A DNA stretch of 64,000 nucleotides, from NCBI RefSeq assembly GCF_036588685.1, contig NC_086374.1:52328001-52392000 (forward strand). The letters run 5' to 3'. A program made the translations under genes and the position numbers. Numbering within the stretch: position 1 is the first letter of the stretch; the number at the start of each line of letters is the position of its first letter. Below are positions 38,527 through 51,940 of the stretch, one piece after another. This stretch comes from Mytilus trossulus. Taxonomy: Eukaryota. The notes beneath the pieces were generated by a model, which saw nothing but the letters and a program-made list of their open reading frames with translations, was not told the DNA's origin and ran no database searches.

Positions 38527-40110
38527 AACTAGAGGCTCTAAAGAGCCTGTGTCGCTCACCTTGGTCTATGTGAATATAAAACAAAGGAAGGAGATGGATT
38601 CATGACAAAATTTCAACCCCCGGACCCCCCCCCCCCCCCCCCCCCCTCTGGATCCGCGCCTGAATAATATTCAAGATAATAACAAAAAACAGCAAAATTT
38701 CCTTTAAATAACCAATTCAGGGGCAACAATTCAACAACGATTCATCTGAAAATTTCAGGGCAGATTTATCTTGACCTGATACACAATTTTACCCCTTGTC
38801 AAATTTGCTTTAAATGCATTAGTTTTTGAGTTATAAGCCAAAAACTGCATTATATCCCTATGTTCTATTTTAAGCCGTGGTGGCCATCTTGGTTGGATGG
38901 CGGGTTATCGGAGATATTCTTTAAACTTGATACGCCAAAGATGATTATGGCCAAGTTAGGATTAATTTGGCCCAGTGGTTTCAGAGGAGAAGATTTTTGT
39001 AACAGATTACCAAGATTTATGAAAAATGGTTAAAATTGACTATAAAGATATCTTTTAAATACATATTTTATAAGATATCTTATTAATTAATAGAGATATC
39101 TTATAAACTAATAGAGATATCTTATTAATTAATAGAGATATCTTATAAACTAATAGAGATATCTTATTAACTTATGGAGATATCTTATTAAGTAAATAAG
39201 ATATCTCTATTATTAACTATATAAAAGATATCTTATATAGTTAATAATAATATATCTTATAAATTAATAGAGATATCTTATATTTTAGATAAGATATCTT
39301 ATATATTTGATAAGATATCTTTATAAACATTTTAATAAGATATCTTTATAAACATTTTAATAAGATATCTTTATAAACATTTTAATAAGATATCTTTATA
39401 AACATTTTAATAAGATATCTTATTTAATATATAAGATATCTTATTTAATAAATCAGATATCTCAATTAATATATAAGATATTTCATTTTGCTATTAAGAT
39501 ATCTCAATTAGTTTATAAGATATCTTATTCAACTAAATAAGATATCTCGAAATTGAATGAATATAATAACGGCATGCCATAAATTCCTCGTAAAGGGGTC
39601 AACTGACCATTTCGGTCATGTTGACTTATTTGTAAATTATGCGTTGTTGAATATTATTGCTGTTTACAGTTTATCTCTATGTATAACAATATTCAAGATA
39701 ATAACTAAAAACAGTAAAATTTCCTTAAAATTTAGGGGCAGCAACCCAAAAACGGCATGTCCGATTCGTCAGAAAATTTCAGGGCAGACAGATCTTTACC
39801 TGATAAACAATTTTATCCAAATCAGATTTGCTATAAATGCTTTGGTTTTTGAGTTACCAGCTCAAAAATTGCATTTGACCCCTATGTTCTATTTTTAGCC
39901 ATGGCGGCCATAATGGTTGGTTGGCCGGGTCACCGGACACATTTTTTTATCTAGATACCCCAATGATGATTGTGGCCAAGTTTGGTATAATTTGGCCCAG
40001 TAGTTTCAGAGAAGAATATTTTTGTAAAAGTTAACGACGACGGACGACGGACAACGGACGCAAAGTGATGGGAAAAGCTCACTTGGCCCTTTGGGCCAGG
40101 TGAGCTAAAA
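38527..40110 (+). mobile_element. Helentron/HINE-like (pearl-type) composite non-autonomous element with nested inserts
   Basis: 5' AACTAGAGGCTCTAAAGAGCCT..GCTCACCT. Two internal repeat units (GATGATT(A/G)TGGCCAAGTT..GGCCCAGT.GTTTCAGAG at ~38940 and ~39965), a GACG/GGAC microsatellite at ~40035-40060, and a terminal hairpin AGCTCACTTGGCCC-TTT-GGGCCAGGTGAGCT followed by an A run. Confidence 0.75.
39045..39580. repeat. AT-rich AGATATCT palindrome array nested in the Helentron-like element; includes 4 x 25-bp perfect tandem (39311-39410)
   Basis: Over twenty (A)GATATC(T) motifs at ~20-25 bp spacing; ends in a GC-richer cap, ACGGCATGCCATA. Confidence 0.85.
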
Positions 40111-40933
40111 AAACCGAACACGTAAAACATCATAGGACAGTACAAAATAAGCACAACAGAACAGCGAACTGTCTGTCACACGACTGGATCAACGCCACAA
40201 CAAAAATAACATTCAGATTAACAACCCCCTTTTACCTTACATTTGAAAACACCGTTTAGAGCTTTAAGTTACCTTATGGTTTGCATTTGCTAACTTCAGA
40301 AAACACATAGTGTGGTCTTTTGATGATATATATCTCTGGCTTGTCTATGCCTTTAAGGTCTCTGGATCATTTATGATTACAGAATATGTAATGGTTGCTG
40401 ATTACCCGTGAAATATATAATAATAAATTAGTTTATCTGTCAGTCCGGCATTGACTTGATCTGTCGTCATACTTCTTGTTCTATCATTCTTATGTCAGAT
40501 TCCTTTGGTTTATATAAACCTCGTCAATCAAATATGACTGCTGATAAAAGGATACAACCCCATCTGCTCAGGAGATTGACCGAGAAATATTTCTAATATC
40601 AATGCAGAATGTAAAAAAAAAATCTAAATATTCTTATGAAATATGTCAGGCTTTTTTTTTTTTTAATACCATTAGTATTCTAAATGCATTTATTTCATGT
40701 TGATGTCTTAAAAAAATATGAGGATTCAAGACTAATTGAAGGCCGGTTAAAAGTGGTTTCATGAAATATATATGAGTATCTCCAATACAGAATGTTATCG
40801 TGGTTAGGTAAGTTTAAAACAGGTCTATCAATGGCCAATCACAACTGACAGTAGATTCCGATCTTCCTCACCTTGAAAGGAATTTAGATATCACGATTGC
40901 CCGTAGAAGACCAATCAGAAGCACTGTTTACCA

Positions 40934-41082
40934 AGTGGCGGATCCAGAACTTTTCGTAAGGGGGGCTGGAGGCGATGACTGACATAAGGGGCCCGCTCCA
41001 GTCATGCGTAATGCTTCAGTGATTCCCAATATAATCAACCGAATTTCCCCAGCCCCCACCACAACCACCTGGATCTGTCTAT
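40934..41082 (+). mobile_element. Short GC-rich TIR element (AGTGGCGGATCCAG...CTGGATC); inverted sister at ~59560-59687
   Basis: Shared AGTGGCGGATCCAGAA and GCTCCAGT internal motifs in opposite orientations. Confidence 0.65.
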
Positions 41083-41318
41083 GATACCTCCAACCAGAAA
41101 ATCTACAAAAAATCGGCTTGTTGTCAATTCAAAACAAAACATTTTTTTATTATAGGAGATTACAAATGAAGGTAATGGAAAACATTCTCTTTGGGTCAAG
41201 TATTTTTGCTGGTAAAACCTTTTTCAGATGGATCATTGAAGATGTTGGCAATTAACTATTATAATAGAGCTCAAATAAATATACCTTTCACATGATAGAT
41301 AGTGGTTGTAGTGTATGG

Positions 41319-41476
41319 CATACCCGTAGCCAGGGGGGTTCGGGGGTTCGGACGATCCCCCCCTTGAAAACAAATAAGCACTGTTAAAGTCACTGTTCTG
41401 TTCGAATTGTGACTGTTAAAGTCCAGTTTGTGAGTCAAACGAACCCCCCCTTTGGAAATTCCTGGCTACGGGCCTG
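41319..41476. mobile_element. Short MITE with CCCGTAGCCAGG / CCTGGCTACGGG TIRs
   Basis: Terminal inverted repeats plus subterminal GGGGTTCG / CGAACCCC inverted motifs; TSD unclear. Confidence 0.7.
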
Positions 41477-41915
41477 TATGTCTTTATCATTATAGGAAAA
41501 ACGACTGTGAGTCGTAAAAATTTAAGACATGCTCATCTTTATATTTATTTTTAACAATAATCACATAACAACAGATTTTTATTTGAACAAGCAAAAATGC
41601 AATATATACATACAAATGGCACGTGTAAATGAATTGTTTGTTAAATTAAAAATAACAGTATACATTTGTAACAACAGTTAGTATCTTTAAAGGAGTTCTG
41701 TATAAAAGTTTTTTCCTTTCAAACAATAAATCAATGTATGATGATCCATTATATTGTATAATGGGTACATTGTACATAAACATTTCACAAAAGAAGCTGA
41801 GGTAAAATAGTTATCATCGCTGGCTAAGTTTCCGTTTAACTAATTTGGTGCAAAATCATGAGAAATATATTTCCCCATGAAATACATCATCATTATACTT
41901 ACAGGGTAAATTTAC

Positions 41916-42032
41916 CAGTGGAGGATCCAGGGGGGTCCGGGGGTTGGAATCCCCTTTTTTTGGACGATCAATGCATTTTAATAAGGATATGTAGTTGGAC
42001 CCCCCTTTTAAAATGGCTGAATCCGCCCCTGC
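41916..42032. mobile_element. Short MITE (CAGTGGAGGATCCAG / CTGAATCCGCCCCTG); related fragment at 38612-38661
   Basis: Imperfect 15-bp TIR around a GC-rich island in AT-rich sequence. Confidence 0.65.
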
Positions 42033-44930
42033 TTAAATAATTAATTTTGTTTATTCCTACTCATCACTTCTGTATTTAGGAAAAGCTAAAGGAGGAGTGT
42101 ATGCTTTGCATCTATGAATAACAGTTTTACCTCATAACACTTTAAACATTCAATGTAACATATTTGAAATATATACTGAAAACAAGTACTTCTTTGGCAT
42201 ATCATCATAGTATTCTAAAGTAAAAACACAATTACACGAAAACGAAGTGGTTCTATTACTAGCTACACAATCTCATAATTACACAATTTCAGCTGCATGA
42301 ATTTCAGCAGCATGCATTATGTGCACTTGCATTTTAAAAGAATGTTAATTTGTAATAGCACCATAAAAAACTAATTTCGTCGACATCAACGAGTATCACA
42401 TTGGAGAACAATAAATAACAATGACAAACAATGTTTATATTCATAATGCAGAAAAGATGCTCAATTTTGAACAGAAGCGATGCAAGCTGCATGTTGACGA
42501 ATCAAAACGACTCGATTTTATTTTTAGAATTCTTCCTTTGTGGTGCTTATCCGAAAAAACTTAAGTTATTTTCAGGTTGTGTGCTTTTTTCATTTCGAAT
42601 TATGAATAGGCAAACATTTTGTAAAATTTGTCAATGCAGTTTTGCATAACACCTAAATAGCGAATTTATATACATGTGATAGCGTTTTTTTATTAAAAAA
42701 AATCCTTTTTTCCATCAAAAAGCAAATAGGCATTCATGTTCCTTCATATTGTAGAAAAACAGGTCGAAACAATTTCCCTTAAAAAGGTTCTGGTATAATT
42801 GTGTAGACCATAAAATATGTATGCCCTATATATCAGAACGCATGAGCTTCGAAATTTTGAAAGTTTTTGGCAAAAGTTCAGTATTTATTCCCAATCAAAA
42901 ATAGAGTAAAATTGTCATAATTTATCTACAATTTTCGAATACAAATGAGAACAAGTGTCCACAGTTGTCATTAAAAAAATATTCTCAAAACAAATTATTC
43001 ATGTGGCAACTGCTTTTGCTATCTATTTTCATTCAAAGCAAAAGGGTCTGAATAACTGGTCGATATTCGTTAGAATTATTCAATCTGTGTTATTTATAAA
43101 AGCAAGGAGAAATGGCCATAATTCTTTTATCGTGATCTTGGAACTCTAAATCCTTGTGTAAATATTTAATCTTTAAAACTAACATACATATTCCCTGAAT
43201 TGAAATTTGAAACAAATATTTGGTCCCACGTCACGTCATACTTTAAATTTACATTAAACTTAAAAATTGACTTTTCAGTTATGCATGATTATTAGGAATT
43301 CGGTTAAAATGAAATCGATTAAGACTTGAACACAGCAAGTTCCACAAAGATCAATGAATCATATATTTTTTTTAATCATATGGTCATGTTACGCAATTCT
43401 GTGATTCCCTTTTTTATGTGAAGAAGACTAAAAAGCCAATTTTAAATATAAATATGACGTCATGTAGTTAACAACCTTAAAGTCATAAGAAAGCAAGATG
43501 CATATTGCATGTAACCTTCCTCGACTGAAATATATCTCACACTAAAATGTTAAACTTGAGCTACTTTTAGAAAATCGGTAAACATAAAATATGCATTTTC
43601 TCACTATTTAAAAAAACATCTTGGTAAATATATAAATCGTATTTTTTTTTCAACGAACTTGACATGACTTTGTATCCTTTATATATGCAAAATCTAAGCA
43701 CCATTTATTAATAAAAAACATAAAAAATTACAACACCCCATATGTTTATACATTGTTTGCGTTCTTATGTTTGGCTTTGAGCATTCTTAGAGAAGGTAAA
43801 TCAAGAGATGCGTATCGAACGGGAAAAGTAGAACGTTTTACTTTGATCTGCACATATTTAAAGTTGATTTATTCGTAATGCAAGATTTAGATTTTTTTGA
43901 AAAATGTAAGAACAACATTTTTCTGTTTGCACAGATGATGGTAATTGTTAAGCTAATATAGTGATTACGCTTTCAACTTCAAAAAAATTACAAAGTTATT
44001 AAATAAAATAATAGTGACTTACCAAGGTCGCTATCTGAGTACAATTTTGGACATTTTATTAACAATTATTGTTCAAGTAAAGGGATTTTTTGAATTCCTT
44101 TTATAATTTTGAAATGATAACTAAACGTTTACGATTTTTCCGTAATTGTATTCACATAACACGAATGACACAAAAATATGCAAATTAATACATTATGACA
44201 GAGTTTTCAAAAATAAAATTTCTATGGTGGTCCTTTGTGAATTTCTGCTGATCCTCACTAGGCATAATAACTTATATGTCAAAATACCAAATGTGTGTCA
44301 TTCCTTTGAAAACTGTGGTGGTCAAAATCTTCGGACCACCACTTTTCAAAAACTCTATACATTCGATTGAAATAAATTAAGACCCTGTACCTTGCATCGC
44401 GCACAAAGATATGGCAACACTCCATTCTACTCTATGTTTGAAAGACATTTCGGAATCTTCTGGTTTTGTCGTCATGATAAACACCCTTAGAAATTTCACT
44501 GACTGATGTAATGATTTCTAGAACAACAAGTAGAAGAGATGTTATCAGCGCTGATATGCATAAAACCATTTTAGTTGCGATATCCAATCGTAATACCAGT
44601 ACTTATGCATCGTACTAGGACAAGAAGAAAAAAATCCATTCTTTCGGTTTTTTTTTAACTTAAGTTGTTTTAGGCATATGGGCCCAGATCCTTAAGTTCC
44701 AAGCGTGAACACAGGATCTGTATTTTCATCAGATTTCGAAAATTGTACATAATTATAACTGTATTTTACAATACTATGTCGAGATTACTTAATGCAGCAA
44801 ACAACATCATCATGTAGTGGACTGTCTTCAACTACTATCCATTGATTCCTAAGCTACTCAGAAGACACCGGATTCTTTCAGCAGTAATTATTTAGAAAAG
44901 TCATCAAATGAAAGTTTGTTTCTTGAATTT

Positions 44931-45866
44931 TCATGTCTTTGCTGTTATCAAATTTATACTCACGCTCTGAGGTACAGTACATTGGCTACAGCTACATTCT
45001 CGTTTGCAGCATAACTGCTTCAGCCCACGACGGAAATCAAGGCTCAATGTCATATAAATGAAGAACTTATAAAATGAATTACCAATCGCAATCCATAGAA
45101 AGTAAAAGTGGACTGTATGTGGATAGTCGGAATGTGATTCAAGGAATGTTCCGGAAATTTGCAACAGTAACCATGGTAACCACGATAAAAAGAAAACTAT
45201 TGAGACAACAAAGTTCATAAAATAGTTTTTTGGTCGTGTAGCAGTATCAATCAATATGTTTTCAAACATATGCTTCTTTGATCTGAAACGTTCAGTAAAA
45301 ATATATGAATTTGTAAATATAAGTGCTAGCAATGCTGGACAAAGAACTATAATTCCGGCAGTTGCGAAGTATGGTTTTTGAGGCCCAGGGTCTATTGAGC
45401 ACATGAAAATTTCATCATAATATGACGCACGCTGAATTTTAGAAAATAATGGCGGACTACAAAAACAAAATGCAGCTAGCCAAGCAAATATTATCCAGCA
45501 AAGTGATCGAGTTGTCGACATAGCCGTTTGGTGCCTCTGAGGCTTCCGAATGGCTAAATAATGATCAACACTTATCCATGACAACGAATAAACACCAGCG
45601 ATGAAAAATATCGCCATTAGATACGCTTCTATATGACAAAAGATTTCGTCTTCGTATATCCATGAATTGCTGAATGTACTGTAAACGGCAAATGGCGTGA
45701 TGAAAAGTCCTACGCACAAATCCGCAATAGTCAAGGAACCGAAGTATATTTTGTTTATGTTACGAAGACTTTCTGTCCACGCCAATACAAACAATATTAG
45801 TGTATTAGTTAAGATGATGGCAATCGTAAAAAGAATAGTGACAATGCTTTCGATGTTAAACGCCAT
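44931..45866 (-). CDS. Class A (rhodopsin-like) orphan GPCR, GPR21/GPR52-like, single coding exon, 311 aa
   Basis: Intact ORF with seven hydrophobic helices. TM1 'ILTNTLIL', TM2 'SLTIADLCVG', TM3 Cys and 'ISVDHYLAI' (DRY position), TM4 Trp and 'PPLF', ECL2 Cys, TM6 'FFLSWLPW', TM7 'WIAIGNSFYKFFIY' and helix 8 'DFRRGLKQL'. The non-NPxxY TM7 resembles, from memory, the WLAISNSFCNCVIY..FRxGL pattern of GPR21/52. Confidence 0.93.
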   Translation of the reverse strand: MAFNIESIVTILFTIAIILTNTLILFVLAWTESLRNINKIYFGSLTIADLCVGLFITPFAVYSTFSNSWIYEDEIFCHIEAYLMAIFFIAGVYSLSWISVDHYLAIRKPQRHQTAMSTTRSLCWIIFAWLAAFCFCSPPLFSKIQRASYYDEIFMCSIDPGPQKPYFATAGIIVLCPALLALIFTNSYIFTERFRSKKHMFENILIDTATRPKNYFMNFVVSIVFFLSWLPWLLLQISGTFLESHSDYPHTVHFYFLWIAIGNSFYKFFIYMTLSLDFRRGLKQLCCKRECSCSQCTVPQSVSINLITAKT

Positions 45867-48800
45867 CTCTCATGTACAATGCGTTAGCTAAGTCACGAAC
45901 GCCATGTTTGAACAGAAATTCATTAACATCCGGGTTTTTTTTACGTTAAATATTTAAATGAATATTCTCTTGTCGTTACATATCACCATTTATAATAAAA
46001 TCCAAGAGTCGATTGTTTTTCTGTAATTTTGTTTCCATTACAGGTTTAAAATCAATTCAATATCCATTTATATGAAGCTGTTTTGCTTAAAATAACATTT
46101 CAACGTTATAAATTGCGTCTTGATCCTTCATATCGAAGCATGATTACTCGGTATTCAGACAGATAAACCAATGTCATTTGCATATTTTCTATACTGTGTC
46201 AACTTCATTCTGTAGAAGGTTTGCGTGATCACTGAGTCTTTGTATCTAAAATGAATAACACAGAAATATTGAGAGACATTTTCTACAATATTGCAAAATA
46301 TTCTATGCTGTTATGGTAATCAATTTGGTTAATATTAAATGAATTCATACTTCTATACTTACTCTCGAAGTCTGTATATCTTCTGTACCCAACACTTTCA
46401 CTAAGATTAATTTGGCTCGTTTAGTTTTCATAAAATTTTGACAAAGTATTTACTTTGACCATTTGACAGCTGAAATTTGGAGGAAGCTTTATATGTAAAT
46501 ATGAAATGAATAATTAATCATTTTATTTAATCATTTCGTTGATAATTTTGCGATATCTTCAAATACTATTTTCCTAAAATCCTCAGTCTAAACGGAAAAA
46601 GCTGGTATTAAAAGGCTTTAATTTCTGAAGGCCCTTTCTAATTATATATCGTTCAAAAGGTCATTAATGTTTTTTTGAAATAATTGTATAAAGTCCAGGG
46701 GCGGTTTCAGCAAAAAATTGTGGTGTCACAGCACCTCAGAATAGAAACGAAATGGCGGTAGCTGATGTCACTAGCACCACGTGTCATCAATGGATACGTC
46801 TCTATCATAGTTGTGCTTTTTCTGTTCAACTTACTAGTGTCTTAACGGATTAGAAAAGATACAAGAGTCATGCTTTAAATAATGTATGTATAGCAAGACA
46901 TTGTTTACATCTGACCTTAAAGGTCAGACCTGCTTCGAATATTCGACGTGTTGATTTGAAGGTTTTTGTATTCCAAAAATATTCGTTAACATTTTCCTCA
47001 AGGACTTATCCTTGATTTTTTCAACAATTTCTTTTATATCCTTGGCCTATAATGGTTTACTTTTATAAATTGTTACTTGGATGGAGAGTTGTCTCATTGG
47101 CTCTCATACCACATCTTCCTATGTCTTTATTCATTTTCAGACCTCAACAGTTTGCTTGTAAGATGTTGATAGCTTTATTTGCTGTTTAATGTGCTGTTTA
47201 ATGATAGAAAGGTGATGTAGCTCCGGCCCTTTCATCAATATGAAGCTAACAATTGTGCAACTTAGTCTTAATCATGACAATTGCGAACAAACCATTTCGC
47301 CTGTTTGCCTTTTAGAAACATTCGACTATAGTATTTGTTTCGGTTGGTACCGTTAATGCAATTTTAAGATAATGGACCATGCGTGCGTTTCCTTTGGTGA
47401 CTAGAATATAGCTGACAATTCAGTGTTCCATCGTGTGCAATTCATTTGCTTACGACAACAGCTACGAATCATTATCAACCAAGACATATTGCTCCCATTA
47501 GAACAAAATGCAATTTTAGAATTGTTTTGCAAACAATACACCAGAAGCAATTTTCAACATAGATTTCTCTGAGTGACATATAAGATATTTCCATTAATAC
47601 GAATGCAATTTGTCGTAACTGTAGCCATTTCAAAAGCTAATTTCCCTAAAGGAAACTCAGACAAACAGTTTCAATCGATCATACTAAATTTGTGTCTCTT
47701 AATGCGATGAAACCAATACATTAGCAATGTCTTATATCTGCCAGTTCATATAACGAACAATTTAAACGTTTATATCATTCGTGATTAGCCATTAGTCCGT
47801 CTGTGACTTAATCTGACCATGATATGGTTCCTCGGCATTAACATGGAGTTTATGGGTCTCTGGGTACAGATATGAAATATCATAGGTGTCATAATTGCAT
47901 GCCAAAGGGGATGAATTAAATCAAATGTACAATTTTATTCTACAATAACTTCCGTAAGCGGTTTGATAGATATAAGAAGATGTGGTATGAGTGCCAATGA
48001 AATAGCTCTCATCCAAGTCACAATGTGAAAAGTAAACAATTATAGTGTCAAAGTACGGCCAACACGGAGCCTCGGTTCACACTAACAGCAAGCTATAAAG
48101 AGGGATACAAATGTTTGAACTCTTCTACACTAATATCGTTAAAAAATCAATAGCAGCCGTTTTTAGCAGTAAGAATTCAAGGTTAGAGAATAACAGATAA
48201 ATCGCCCTTCATATGCATCTACTAAAAAATATTAGGGATCGTCTATTTAATATGACGGAATTGATATTAGTAAAGAGTGTATGACCATTTTTTATTTAAC
48301 TGTTCTGTCAAAATTATCTTAAAGCCATGTTTCGGGACATAACCATTTACGTCATTTGATCTCTGGTGGAGTGATGTTTCAATTGGCGATCATACCACAC
48401 CTTCTTATCTTAATATTAAAATATTATGAATGCTTTAGGTCGTAACTCTTTAATATACATGTTATTTATGTTATTTAGACTATTATTTAGGTAGCAATGA
48501 CATTGAATATTATTTTTATATTAGAATATAACGAATGCTTCAGGTAGCAACGCTTTAATATTTATGTTATTTAGACTCTTTCATATTTCGGTAGCAATAA
48601 AACTGGATACGGCAAGGATTCATTAATCATGCTAATGATAGACGCAAAATATCGTAAGAAAACCGTTTCATCATAAAACATCAAACATAAGAGATTAATT
48701 TGGCTGTTATACAATTACATTTCTGTGTGATTCTTCTTGGTAATTTCTTTGATATGATCTTATACTATATTATCAATACAATATGTTAAACCATAGTATT

Positions 48801-49743
48801 TCAATCGGTCTTATTGAAGTCTGGGGCTGGCATGTCAGTAACTGCTAGTAGTCCTTTGTTAATTCATGTACAAAACATTGGTATTGTCATTTTCTAGTTG
48901 TTTGACGTCCAGTGGCAAATGTGTAAAGCCTTTTCAGGACAAGGGCATATTCTGATCCGTGTCACATATTGCATTTGTAGTAATTAGTTTGTAAATAGGG
49001 AAATGGTTGATTGAAATAAGTCTACAACTTTGCGTTGCACATGACGTTCTAGGTTGTTTTATTTGGCATTGTGCATTTTGAAGCTGTACGAAATTCTACT
49101 TCGAGGAACAGTCGCCGATATAAGAGAATTAGACGGATGAGTGTTTATATCAGTTTTAGTTGTCAGTTCCTCTTTTTGAATACGACATAACCACCAACCT
49201 GATATTGTTGTTATTGTGCCTAAAATATATATGTGATTTTATACAGTGAGAGTCACTTTCCAAACTATTTTTTCAATCTGCGTTCTTTGTTCTTGCTTTG
49301 TTTATTTTACTGATAAAGATAAAAAGGGAACGATCAATCAATAAATAAAAAAAATTATGATTTATTTTTAATTTTTTTTTTTTAATTTTTAAATTACAGT
49401 TAAGACTCGAGTTTATACTCTAACATAATTTATTATAGCTAAATTTTTCATGTACACACATTTAACAATAAAAATTCCTGACATATTTATACTCTTTTCC
49501 AAAGTAATGAATTACTGAATCTACTTATATGATATTTAATGACGGAACAAGATCAATACAATTCTTATTATCGTGGAGCTCAAATCTGTTTTAGATGTGT
49601 ATTGTATGAATCTGATCAGCAATTTCGTTGTTAATGTTGTGAAACTCTCTCAATCCTCATGACATAAAGAAATAAAATAACAGATCAATATCACTATTGT
49701 TGATCATTGTTAATACGTATAATGAATAAGCCACAGTTCGCAA

Positions 49744-49830
49744 TAAAAATACAGAAAACTGTAATATTTGACAAATTCTCATATAAAAATGCAGAAAACT
49801 GTAATATATGACAAATTTTCATATAAAAAT
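49744..49830 (+). repeat. 40-bp tandem duplication
   Basis: TAAAAAT(A/G)CAGAAAACTGTAATAT(T/A)TGACAAATT(C/T)TCATA occurs twice. Confidence 0.85.
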
Positions 49831-50598
49831 ATCTTAATATGATTGGTTTTTGGTTTTGTTGTATCATATTGTCAAGCTAAGATATCTTCATTACAGGTTA
49901 TCTAACACAAAATGTCAAAAGTAAATCCAAAGTAAATCCAAAGAAGTGAAGATTTAAAAAAAGAATCTATGTATTAAACGGTCTTCTGGTTCATGTCAAC
50001 TTTGCGTATTACTCGTGATCGTACGATGACTGAAAACAATAGGAATGGCTATGACGAAGCTTGTTTATGATTATTTCACAAGAGTAATTTTCTATATATA
50101 AATAATGATACATTGATTGAGAAATACGTCAAATGATGTATACTTTTTGCATACTTTAATTCGCAAAGGTGTTTACCCTCAAACGGGACGAGTGTTCTGT
50201 TTTGCGATTCAGTTTAGCTTTCCTCAAATTTTGTTTTCGATCGTAGCTATAGAGTTTAACATAAACAAAAAAGTTGATTGTTTTACTCAGTCAGTCTTGG
50301 AATAAAACTGCAGTAAAGAAAGCATTCAAATCTCATTTAAATTTATACATAACTGTGCGGGAAAGTATCAAAAAGGAGATGTGATACGATTGTCAATGAG
50401 ACAACTCTCCACAAGAGACCAAATGGCACAGAAATTAACAGCTATATGTCACCGTACGACTTTCCACAATGAACAAAGCCCATAACGGATATTAGTCCAC
50501 ATAATATCTTAATTTTAAAGATAGCAGGATATTGAGAAGTGCTTATTGCCTTAGTACCCTCTTAATTCTCGTCATATTCGGCTTTTAAATATGTACTC

Positions 50599-50851
50599 TT
50601 ACAGCTTATTTACTAATGCATGTAAAGCAAGACTTTGGTTAGCTTGCTTGCTTTGTTTGTATATTGTACAATTGTAATTGGGATAACGTCTGATCAAATT
50701 TAAAAATATAATATATACTGGTTAAATTATGCCTATATATATTGTTTGAAGATGTCAGTGTTAATAACAATTCTTGAATTAACGTTTATACAAAAAGAGC
50801 AAGCAAGCTAACCAAAGTCTTACTATACAAGCATTAGGAAATTAACTGTAA
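50599..50851. repeat. Foldback / MITE-like inverted repeat, ~65-bp arms
   Basis: AAGACTTTGGTTAGCTTGCTTGCT is the perfect reverse complement of AGCAAGCAAGCTAACCAAAGTCTT, with imperfect extensions. Confidence 0.75.
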
Positions 50852-51607
50852 ATGTGAATAAACCACTGACAGTTCAACTACTCCTCTCAATCAGTTGAAA
50901 TATTCTTCAAGCTTAAAAGCCTTGCCAATATGCCATGGAATATTAATATAACTTATTAACAGAGTAAAGTGGTTAGCTCTCATCCAATCGATGTAAAAAA
51001 TGACTACAATGAAAGACAATGCTAGATTTTGTTTGCATACTTATTTACGTATGTTAATAATCCTTCTGTTGAGCCTTAAGTTAACAGATTTGTTTCTATG
51101 TAAATTAATCTATTTGATTTGCAGATGTATACCGTTTCAAATAACAAGAATTACCACTTTAAGAATGAATAAGAAAATGAGAGAAAAGAAACCTAAGGAT
51201 TTTTTTTAATCATAAGTGGAATAAAACAGACAACTATATGACCAATAAGAAAAATTAACAAAAAGACGAATAGGGTTAAAAAGGATTACGCAAAAAAACT
51301 AATTTAAGAACACAAAACTAGTACTTAAAAAATCTCAGATACACTCACGTTCATTTTTCGGCAGGCTAGGTAATTCCTAAAAATAAAATCGGATAAAAAG
51401 TTGCAATTAAGGAAAAGAGAACGGAATTATGGTGCCGACATATAAGAAGTCATCTGCGACACTGATATTTCATTAGTGTCAACCCTAGATTTCTAGATTG
51501 TATGCAATAGAAAATAAAATCACATAATAAAACCAAATCAATTTAAAACTGAATGATTTGTACGGATCGATTCATGAGGGAGAGCGGTGGGTTAAGGAGG
51601 GGATTAA

Positions 51608-51940
51608 TTTTTGGTTGCTTTAATTCCAGTAGCAAATATTTCATGCATATTCAGGATAAGAACAAATAAACAGTTCTGCGTCCCGGAATTAGGTATGAGA
51701 AATTGAGACTGTCACGGAAAGCATATGAGACAGGGACAGAAAAGCATTGTAACAGATCACTTTTGGACCCCTCAAAGAGTTGTCGCAGGGGTTCTTAACG
51801 TGTAAAGAGCGTGGCACTCTTTTTACATGGAGCTTTGTATTCAAACGTCTCAAATCAGACCGGACTTTTCGCACAGCTAAACGGACGCCCCATTTAGAAT
51901 AGGGTTTTATTGTTGGTCGGAGAAAGTCCAATGGTGACCA
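51608..51940 (-). mobile_element. Decayed SINE, possibly Meta-domain type
   Basis: GGGTTCTTAACGTG...AAACGTCTCAAATC.GA resembles, from memory, the reverse Meta/MESC-type SINE core. The 3' tail ATGCATGAAATATTTGCTACTGG..TTAAAGCAACCAA is on the minus strand, with a tail fragment also at ~48900-48945. No tRNA head was recognised. Confidence 0.45.

Noticed and set aside
39311-39420. Short direct repeats resembling a CRISPR array or iterons
   Set aside because: Contiguous 25-bp tandem with no spacers.
43778-43830. Possible third hammerhead family remnant (GAGCATTCTTAGAGAAGG..GAGATGCGTATC)
   Set aside because: Both core boxes are too degraded to support a call.
45697-45891. Plus-strand 64-aa ORF
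   Set aside because: Antisense shadow of the GPCR's TM1-TM2.
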